NCBI GenBank assembly: GCA_947856335.1 | Contig: CANUCD010000001.1 | Location: 1-25,077 of the forward strand | DNA length: 25,077 nucleotides | Reading direction: 5' to 3' | Origin: an uncultured Bacilli bacterium | GTDB lineage: Bacteria; Bacillota_I; Bacilli_A; RF39; UBA660 | In this document: positions 18,154 to 25,077 of the stretch, in pieces | Numbering within the stretch: position 1 is the first letter of the stretch | Layout of the letters: every line of letters starts with the position of its first letter | Translations under genes and position numbers: made by a program | The notes under the pieces: model-generated | Databases searched by the model: none | Seen by the model: only the letters and a program-made list of their open reading frames with translations | Told to the model about the DNA's origin: nothing

Positions 18154-18182
18154 ATTATAACATATTTAATAATCCGTTTAAA
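18154..18182 (-). promoter_or_regulatory. Putative promoter for the OCD-LicC/PLP-TagF-wzx operon
   Basis: Minus strand TTTAAA (18182-18177) - 17 nt - perfect TATAAT (18159-18154), with extended -10 TGT. Confidence 0.65.
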
Positions 18183-18276
18183 GTTTAAATCATTTTTTAT
18201 ATTGTTATATAAATATAATTTTAAAAATTACCTATGTTACTATTTAAGAAATAATATGAAGCATAAAATTCATTTT

Positions 18277-20586
18277 TCAATATTTCAAATTATTTGCCCA
18301 ATAGTAATTTATGTTAGTAAATTCATTTATATTTTCTTGATAATGACTAAGTGAAGCAGAAATATACTTTCCATCTTCTTTATAGTAAATCGGATTAATT
18401 ACATCTATTTTTTCTTTTAAATCATCAGTATATTTTAGATATTCATTACCTTCATAATCAATATATTCAAATAGTTCATTCATTAGGAAGTTAGGACTTA
18501 TTGTATCTAATTTGCCGATAAAATCTTTATCAAATACTTTTTTTGCTTGATCATTAGCATGAATTACATAAGGAATACTATAATAATTTTCAAAACCTTC
18601 AATTGTTGATATATCCATGTTTATTCCCAATTCTTCATATATATAGTTTCCTTCTCCTAGGTATGGATTATGATCTCCAAAGAATATTAATATAGTTGGT
18701 TCCTCATAATTATCTAAGAAATTCACTAACTCATATAAAGCATCAGTTGAATCTTTTATTCCTGATAAGTAATTATTAAATGTATTATACCCTTCTTCGC
18801 TGTATCCTAAATTCTCTATATAAGTTTCTTCAGCTGGTGTTGCTGAATAAGGACCATGATTTTGATAAGTTACAGTGAAGTTAAAATAATTATTACCCTT
18901 TTTATTTATTTCTTGAAGGCGATTAGTAAGTTCAGAATATAGTTCGTGATCATCAGCTGCACCTCCCCAGCCACTATAAATACCAAATTTATTTTCATAA
19001 TTCCAATAAGTATCAAAACCTAAGTTTGCATTAACTGTATTTCTATTATAAAAAGCTCCATAAATTGGGTGCATAGCTTCTACTATATATCCTTGTTCTT
19101 TAAAATATCTTGCATAAGAATTAGTTGGTTTTCTAAATGACGGAAAAGCATTGTATCCTGTAATAAAACGTCGCTCAGTATTTACTGTTCCGCCACCAAA
19201 TATATCGACAATAATATTACCATATAAAGAATTTTCTTTTATTTCTTCTAATTTACCATAAACATCGCTTGTAAATTCAATAGTATCAAATTTTGAAAAA
19301 TCATTATATGCCTCTAACATAATTGCAATAATATTTACTTTTTTATCTTCCGGAATATTCTCATATGTATAGTTATTTAATATTTCTTTGGCTTCTTCTT
19401 CATTATAGCCAGCTGGTTTGCTATCTAAAATTTCCGTGCTGCTATAAATAAATGGATAAATAAGTCCTCTTATTTGTGATTGTCTTGTAGAAATCCAAAT
19501 ATTTATATTTGAAGTGTTTCCTATGCTATTATAAATATCGCTATTAGTGTAAATGTTTTGATAAGTAAAATAACTGATTATTAATAATGCAATAGCGATG
19601 GGAATAGTTATTATTGCTTTTAGGTTAATTTTCTTATAGTTCTTTTTTAGCCAAAGAACTATTATTAAGCATAGTAATATACATATAACTGTATACCATC
19701 TTACAATAACATCGTATCTGCTAGTCATTAATAATGCTTCTTTAAAGTAGGAAATATCCTCAATTTTAAAGACATCGTCTCGATAATATAACTTTGTTTT
19801 ATTAATTATACCTATCAAGAAAACAAAAAATGAAGCAATTCCAAAAGAAAGCCATAACCTTTTAGTAAGAAACAAGAAAATAAGTATTACTAACAAAATA
19901 GGAAATAGATTTAACATTAATAATTTCGGCTCATTTAAATAATTATTAATCATACTTGTATCTAAATAAACTGTGGTAAAAGTAAAGGAAATAAGCAATA
20001 ATAAAATTGATAGAACGATCGGCATAGCACATCTAAATATTACCCTTAAAACTTTATTGTTTTTATATTGTATGAAGATTTTTCCTTTTTTTACATATGT
20101 ATATTTTGATTGAAACAAACTACTGTTTTTAAACTTGTGATAATAGGCTTCTTGGTACTTAGTATTGTTATGCGTTATTTGATCTGAATAATCATTTAAA
20201 TCTAGTTCATACTTATCATTCATTTTACTAGCGATTAAGGTCTCTTTCTTTAAAAATGGTTTTACAATTATTTCTGGGCTTTGAGTAATAATTGTATTAT
20301 CAGACGAGTAATGATCTTGATACCATTCGTTTAATTTTTTTTGATGAGTAACCTTAAATTTCTCAATAACATTATTCAAATTTTTTACATGTTTAATATA
20401 AACATGATATTTTTTGGATTTATTAATTTCAGCTTTTGTGGATATAAAACTTAATAAATAAAGCAAAATATGTAAAAAAATATAAATACAAAGCTTTTTG
20501 TTTTTGCGGCAACAAAATAGAAAAAAATCTCGATCAATATTTCCCTTATATACTATTTTGGAAAATTCATATATATTTTTCATCAT
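18277..20586 (-). CDS. LTA synthase/GacH-like phosphoglycerol transferase (sulfatase/alkaline phosphatase fold) with an N-terminal degenerate HAD-like domain
   Basis: About 5 TM segments after ~aa 180, then IMLEAY, GGGTVNTE (nucleophile Thr), HPIYGAFYNR, TYQNHGPY, FGDHNPY. The first ~170 aa resemble HAD-IB phosphatases without the catalytic Asp. Confidence 0.85.
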   Translation of the reverse strand: MMKNIYEFSKIVYKGNIDRDFFLFCCRKNKKLCIYIFLHILLYLLSFISTKAEINKSKKYHVYIKHVKNLNNVIEKFKVTHQKKLNEWYQDHYSSDNTIITQSPEIIVKPFLKKETLIASKMNDKYELDLNDYSDQITHNNTKYQEAYYHKFKNSSLFQSKYTYVKKGKIFIQYKNNKVLRVIFRCAMPIVLSILLLLISFTFTTVYLDTSMINNYLNEPKLLMLNLFPILLVILIFLFLTKRLWLSFGIASFFVFLIGIINKTKLYYRDDVFKIEDISYFKEALLMTSRYDVIVRWYTVICILLCLIIVLWLKKNYKKINLKAIITIPIAIALLIISYFTYQNIYTNSDIYNSIGNTSNINIWISTRQSQIRGLIYPFIYSSTEILDSKPAGYNEEEAKEILNNYTYENIPEDKKVNIIAIMLEAYNDFSKFDTIEFTSDVYGKLEEIKENSLYGNIIVDIFGGGTVNTERRFITGYNAFPSFRKPTNSYARYFKEQGYIVEAMHPIYGAFYNRNTVNANLGFDTYWNYENKFGIYSGWGGAADDHELYSELTNRLQEINKKGNNYFNFTVTYQNHGPYSATPAEETYIENLGYSEEGYNTFNNYLSGIKDSTDALYELVNFLDNYEEPTILIFFGDHNPYLGEGNYIYEELGINMDISTIEGFENYYSIPYVIHANDQAKKVFDKDFIGKLDTISPNFLMNELFEYIDYEGNEYLKYTDDLKEKIDVINPIYYKEDGKYISASLSHYQENINEFTNINYYWANNLKY

Positions 20587-20592
20587 AATCTC

Positions 20593-20707
20593 TCCCTTTA
20601 AATTAAAGATATTTTACCATAAATTACGTTTCTTATCAAATTATTATATTAATTGTTCATTAAGACATTGATAATAGTTTTTGTGAAATTCATCTAATTT
20701 AAAGGGA
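20593..20707. repeat. Perfect 13-bp inverted repeat pair enclosing an 89-bp promoter-bearing segment
   Basis: TCCCTTTAAATTA (20593-20605) is the exact reverse complement of TAATTTAAAGGGA (20695-20707). Confidence 0.9.
20611..20639 (-). promoter_or_regulatory. Putative promoter for the LtaS/GacH-like gene
   Basis: Minus strand TTGATA (20639-20634) - 17 nt - TAAAAT (20616-20611), with extended -10 TGG; SD AAGGGAG just upstream of ATG. Confidence 0.65.
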
Positions 20708-20783
20708 ATACCATTGCATCTATTTCCCAAGATTTAATATCATTTTAATTAATTTTATGTACTTTAAATTCTACACTATTATT

Positions 20784-20822
20784 AAAAAAACATATACTTC
20801 TAATATCAAAAAGTATATGTTT
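20784..20822 (-). terminator. Intrinsic terminator of the cysS-yugP-like-fic unit
   Basis: Perfect 12-bp stem AAACATATACTT (20788-20799)/AAGTATATGTTT (20811-20822); T-run follows on the minus strand. Confidence 0.7.
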
Positions 20823-20881
20823 ACTCTAGCAATAAACACTCTATAAAAAAGTTTTGCATGTGAAATTTCAGTTAGTTTCTT

Positions 20882-21690
20882 TTATATCTTTAAATCATTA
20901 TTGTTTAATTCATTGTTTTTATTTAATAATAAATTTTCAAAAAACATTTTTAAATATTTTTTATCTGCTTTTATACCTTTGCTATAATTTGTATAATTTG
21001 CTCTTACTAAGGCATTTCTAAAATATTTTGACTTATCTTTGAATAATTCGTTATTCACTTTAAATCCCATACTAATTAAATATTTTTGAATAAAAACTGC
21101 TGTCGTTCTTGTATTTCCTTCACAAAAAGGATGTACTTGCCATATTCTTGAGGTAAACTCGCAAATTCTATCTATTAATTCTTCTTTACTAAAATTAATA
21201 TAGTCTTGTTCTTTTTCTTCATTAAAATCATACTTTAAAGTTTCTTCTATTAAATCATAAGACTGATAAGTAACAGTATCATTATTTAATATTGGTTCAT
21301 CTTTAGTTATATTATATAATCTAAAAATACCAGGATTATATTTTTCTTTATTCAAATTACAAAATAATTTTGATGATAATTTTTTAAAGTTAAATAATCA
21401 AATCTAAAAGACTTATTACTTAGTATTTCATAAATAGCAACAGAAACTTCATCAGCTTCTTCTTCATCGTCATTATGATTATATTTATTCTTCTTATAAT
21501 GAGTTGTTATCTCTTCTTTAACTTGTTGATATGTTTTTTTGCCGCTTATATGACTTGCAGATAATTCAATCATATATTTAGAAGGTTTTAGTTCATCCAC
21601 TTCCTGAAGTCCGAAGGCAATATCCCAATATAATTCTTTTATTTTAGAATTCTTTTCATCTTCTACTTTATCATAAATAATCTCATCCAT
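20882..21690 (-). pseudogene. Fic family protein with N-terminal VbhA-like domain, split by an apparent 1-bp frameshift (ORFs 21352-21690 and 20882-21355)
   Basis: Fragment 1: AFGLQEVDELKPSKY...EEADEVS. Fragment 2: YNITKDE, HPFCEGNTRT, FRNALVRANY. Adding one A to the A4 run at 21368-21371 (minus strand) gives a continuous 269-aa frame reading ...YHQKLFCNLNKEKYNPG.... Confidence 0.7.
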
Positions 21691-21752
21691 TTAATAATTC
21701 TCCTATCTATTTTGTTTTGTTCATTAAGTAGCAGTAGCACTTTTTAATATCT

Positions 21753-22385
21753 TTACCTAAAATAATTAATAAAACTATATGGCAGTGTTGCTAGTTTGGA
21801 TAAAGCTAATAACAAAGATTTATCTTGATAGGCTTTTAAGGGTTTCATTAGTTTTTCTTTTTTTACTAGTTCATATAATTTATTTAATTCTTCCTCTGAT
21901 CTAAATAGCGATGATATTAAAATAAATTCAACTATAAAAGTTATGATAAAAAGAACTAAGCCTAAACGAATTACTAGTATGTTATTAGCAAAAGTTCCTA
22001 ATATAATAAATAAGTAACTTGCTATTACTAAAAACGAATTCACTTTGTGACCAGTGCTTACGTTTTTTCTTTCTGGGTCTGTTTCTAGAGCAACATTAAA
22101 AGCAGTTACTCCCGCATAAATAGTCTCACCATCAAAGACATCTGGGGATAATTTAATTACATTTCTATCTTTATTATAATGATCTAAATATTTGCCATTT
22201 TTTTTAATGATATGAGGTTCTTCTTGACAAAACTTGGAAGATACTTTTCTTGCTATTTCAAAACCTGATAAATTCGTTTCATTTTTTATATTCTTTGTTG
22301 TTTTTACAACACTTCTATAAAGCATATTAATTAAAATAATTAAGCCAACAACTATTATAAATATTATATCTATGATTATTCCCAT
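21753..22385 (-). CDS. YugP-like (putative neutral zinc metallopeptidase family) membrane protein lacking the HExxH motif
   Basis: LSGFEIAR, LDHY, VIKLSPDVF match the family pattern; the expected AAHExGH position reads TAFNVALE. Confidence 0.6.
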   Translation of the reverse strand: MGIIIDIIFIIVVGLIILINMLYRSVVKTTKNIKNETNLSGFEIARKVSSKFCQEEPHIIKKNGKYLDHYNKDRNVIKLSPDVFDGETIYAGVTAFNVALETDPERKNVSTGHKVNSFLVIASYLFIILGTFANNILVIRLGLVLFIITFIVEFILISSLFRSEEELNKLYELVKKEKLMKPLKAYQDKSLLLALSKLATLPYSFINYFR

Positions 22386-23770
22386 TATTTTACCTCGTAA
22401 ATGGTTCCATCTCTCGTATCTTTTAAAGTAATACCCATACCTGCTAATTCATCACGAATAGAATCTGCTAGGGCATAGTCTTTATTTTTCTTAGCATCAT
22501 TTCTTTTTTCTATCATCTCTTTGATGTATTCTTCATCAATATTTTTTTCGTCTTTCTTTAGTAAATCTAATGATAACACTGCATCCATTTTTTCTATTAC
22601 TTTAATCTTTGTGGTATCATTTGTATCAGCTTTTAATAAATCATAAAGTAAAGTAATAGCATTCGCAGTATTCATGTCATCTTCTAGGCATTTGCTAAAC
22701 TTGGTAACGTACGTTTTTAATACATCTTCATCTATATTACCATCATTTTTTAAACTAGCTATTCTTGATTTTAGTTTTTTATAGGCATTTTCAGCTCCAG
22801 AAAGTGATTCAAAGCTAAAAGTTAGTTGCTTTCTATAATGACTAAGTAGTACCATAAAACGATAACTTAGAGGATTAAATCCTTCTTCTTCTAGAAATGA
22901 TACAGTTAATACTTTTCCTTTTGATTTGCTCATTTTACCAGATGCATCATTTAAGTGTTCGCCGTGTACCCAATATTTACACCAATCATGTCCTATGTAA
23001 GCCTCACTTTGAGCTATTTCATTAGTATGATGGGGAAATATGTTATCAACTCCACCACAGTGAATATCTAAATATTCCCCTAAATATTTTAAAGATATTC
23101 CAGAACATTCGATATGCCAGCCTGGGTAACCTTTACCAAAAGGACTATCCCATTTTAATTCTTGGTCTTCATATTTTGATTTAGTAAACCATAAGACAAA
23201 ATCTGTTTTATTTTTTTTGTTTGTATCTTCTTCAACAGTCTCTCTTACCCCACTTATTAGTTCTTCTCCAACATGATTAGTAAGTTTGTAATAATCATCT
23301 AGTTTTGATGTATCAAAATAAACATTTCCACCAGTTTGATATGCATAACCTGTATCTAATAATTTGGTAATTATTTTAATATATTCCTCTATATTGTTTG
23401 TAGCAGGACTTACAATATCAGGTTTTTTGATATTTAATTTTTCGGTATCTTTGAAAAATGCTTCGGTGTAAAATTTGGCTATATCAAGTACGGTTTTATG
23501 CTCCTTTTTGGCACTATTTACCATTTTATCATCGCCAGTATCAGCATCACTTGTTAAATGACCAACGTCTGTAATATTCATAACTCTTGTTACATCATAG
23601 CCTAAAAAGCGAAGTGTTTTTTCTAATATATCTTCCATAATATAGGTTCTTAAATTACCAATATGAGCATAACTATATACTGTTGGTCCACAAGTATACA
23701 TTCTTACAACTTTATCTTCCCAGGGAACAAAGTCTTCTATTTTTCTTGTCAATGTATTGTAAAGTTTCAT
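22385..23770 (-). CDS. cysS: Cysteine--tRNA ligase
   Basis: MKLYNTL (start 23770; alternative 23776), CGPTVY, HIGN, GYPGWHIECS, DIHCGGVDNIFPHHTNE, KMSKS, LADSIRD. Confidence 0.98.
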   Translation of the reverse strand: MKLYNTLTRKIEDFVPWEDKVVRMYTCGPTVYSYAHIGNLRTYIMEDILEKTLRFLGYDVTRVMNITDVGHLTSDADTGDDKMVNSAKKEHKTVLDIAKFYTEAFFKDTEKLNIKKPDIVSPATNNIEEYIKIITKLLDTGYAYQTGGNVYFDTSKLDDYYKLTNHVGEELISGVRETVEEDTNKKNKTDFVLWFTKSKYEDQELKWDSPFGKGYPGWHIECSGISLKYLGEYLDIHCGGVDNIFPHHTNEIAQSEAYIGHDWCKYWVHGEHLNDASGKMSKSKGKVLTVSFLEEEGFNPLSYRFMVLLSHYRKQLTFSFESLSGAENAYKKLKSRIASLKNDGNIDEDVLKTYVTKFSKCLEDDMNTANAITLLYDLLKADTNDTTKIKVIEKMDAVLSLDLLKKDEKNIDEEYIKEMIEKRNDAKKNKDYALADSIRDELAGMGITLKDTRDGTIYEVK

Positions 23771-23944
23771 AATCATTTCCTTTCTTGTTATTATTATATT
23801 ATAAAGTTTAAAGAAAGAAAAGATTTACTTATAAAGATAGAGCTATTTTATTGGGTAACGATTGTTATTTATCATTTTATTAAAGTTTTTCTTTGATTTT
23901 GGATATAAATTATCTTATTTTTCAAATACTATAAATGTGATTAT

Positions 23945-24769
23945 ATGAAATTAGAACAAAGAGCACTATTGATACATATATTAGTAAATATTTTACTTAT
24001 TATAGCAAAAGTTATAATTGGGTTTTTCTTTCATGTCTATTTATTAGTAGTGGATGCTATATATACGGGCAGTGATTTTTTGTTTAACATTCTTACTTGG
24101 ATTGGTATTAAGATTGGAAATAAAAAAGCTTGCAAAAAATATCCATATGGATATGGGAAAATCTTTTATGTTGTGTTACTAATAATTAACTTGATTAGTA
24201 TCATAGTTGGTATAGTTATATTAGTGTTAAGTTTTTTTATAGAATATCAAGTAAGTTCTATTTGGATAGTCTTTTTTCTTTTAGTTTTTATAATCATTAA
24301 ATTTGGAAGTGCACATTATTTATATGTTGTTGCTAAAAAAAGAGAAAATGACCTCTTATTATCTTCGAGTGTTATATCTAAAATGGAAGTTTATTCTACT
24401 ATTCTACTTATTTTTATTCTTTTTTTAAATCAGTTTTTCCCAATGTTTAATATGATTGGAAGTATTTTTATTGCTAGTATTCTTATTATTCAAAGTTTTT
24501 TATCAATTATAAAAAATAGTTGTATGCTTCTTGGAACATTAGAAGAAGATACCGTTTTAGAAGAAAAAGTATTACAAGCTGTGGATAAATATAAAGTTAT
24601 TAACATTTCTGATATTAAATTTATTAAGATTGGCTCTTATTATCAAGTTATTTTAAAAGTTAAAGTAAACAAAAATATTAAAGTAAGAGAGCTTCTTAAT
24701 ATTGAAAATAAAATAAAAAAAGAACTTAAAAAGTATCGATTTAAGTTCATTCATTTTCAGTTACTTTGA
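23945..24769 (+). CDS. Cation diffusion facilitator (CDF)-like transporter, divergent
   Basis: About 6 TM segments then a soluble C-terminal domain; K...G, 'D..Y..SD', 'YPYGYGK' (cf. HPYGHGR), 'G..YQV'. Metal ligands degenerate. Confidence 0.7.
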   Translation: MKLEQRALLIHILVNILLIIAKVIIGFFFHVYLLVVDAIYTGSDFLFNILTWIGIKIGNKKACKKYPYGYGKIFYVVLLIINLISIIVGIVILVLSFFIEYQVSSIWIVFFLLVFIIIKFGSAHYLYVVAKKRENDLLLSSSVISKMEVYSTILLIFILFLNQFFPMFNMIGSIFIASILIIQSFLSIIKNSCMLLGTLEEDTVLEEKVLQAVDKYKVINISDIKFIKIGSYYQVILKVKVNKNIKVRELLNIENKIKKELKKYRFKFIHFQLL

Positions 24770-24988
24770 TTATTGTAAGAATAAAATTAGTGATATGATA
24801 AAAAATAATATTCCTAAAATTAAAGTTAGACGACTTATAAATAGTTCAAAGCCTCTTTCTTTCATATTTTGAAATAACATATCATTACCACCAGTTATTA
24901 TTTGACCAGCACTGCTTGCTTTATTTCCTTGAAGTAATACTACAACAATCAATAAAACAGATATTACTAGTAAAATTGTTTCTAACAT
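24770..24988 (-). CDS. secG: Preprotein translocase subunit SecG
   Basis: VVLLQ..K.SS....GG...LF...KERG.E..ISRLT.ILG..F. Start probably ATG 24988 by SD spacing; 24994 and 24997 are also possible. Confidence 0.92.
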   Translation of the reverse strand: MLETILLVISVLLIVVVLLQGNKASSAGQIITGGNDMLFQNMKERGFELFISRLTLILGILFFIISLILFLQ

Positions 24989-25077
24989 AAACATCATTCC
25001 TTTTTGATTAGTAGATATAGTATATCACAGTTTTTTAGTTAAAACAACTATAAGTTTTTGGGCACTTAATTTTATAT

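Noticed and set aside
20762-20770. Third partial copy (CTTTAAATT) of the inverted-repeat core
   Set aside because: Only 9 bp and nearly all A/T; likely chance, though worth including in inversion tests.
23663-23896. Minus-strand 77-aa ORF overlapping the cysS start
   Set aside because: Out-of-frame overlap with cysS, no SD, no motif; not a credible leader peptide.
23777-23944. Possible T-box leader upstream of cysS
   Set aside because: Only 168 bp, shared with a divergent gene; no T-box consensus, stem I motifs or terminator seen.
1-25077. tRNA/rRNA genes, CRISPR array, IS or prophage, genetic code 4
   Set aside because: No cloverleaf, rRNA-like GC-rich tract, spaced direct repeats, transposase or integrase seen. 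Long ORFs are intact under the standard code and several end in TGA.

Overview
Very AT-rich (roughly 25% GC by eye) chromosomal window from a Firmicutes/Bacillota-type bacterium using the standard code (TGA acts as stop). The compact genes suggest a reduced-genome gut Bacilli/Clostridia lineage, but that is inference. The left end holds a partial murT, absent from the ORF track, divergent from glmS. About 17.7 kb (2849-20586, minus strand) is a cell-wall glycopolymer locus. It contains teichoic-acid linkage-unit genes (tagO, tagA, wecB/mnaA), a GT2 + DUF2304 + GT-C lipid-linked glycosylation trio, GT4/GT32/GT2 transferases, Wzy/ligase-like and Wzx proteins, a TagB/F-like phosphotransferase and an LtaS/GacH-like enzyme. 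The right end holds a frameshifted Fic gene, a YugP-like protein, cysS, a CDF-like transporter and secG. Three signals stand out. (1) A perfect 13-bp inverted repeat brackets the promoter of the LtaS/GacH-like gene, a candidate invertible phase-variation switch. (2) An operon of OCD/mu-crystallin reductase, LicC-like cytidylyltransferase fused to a CobD/HisC-like PLP enzyme, TagF-like transferase and Wzx looks like a pathway making and installing an unusual CDP-activated amino-alcohol phosphate. (3) A catalytically dead HAD domain is fused to the LtaS-like enzyme, one of three nearby proteins lacking catalytic or metal ligands. All family assignments come from motif recognition by eye; no database search was run.
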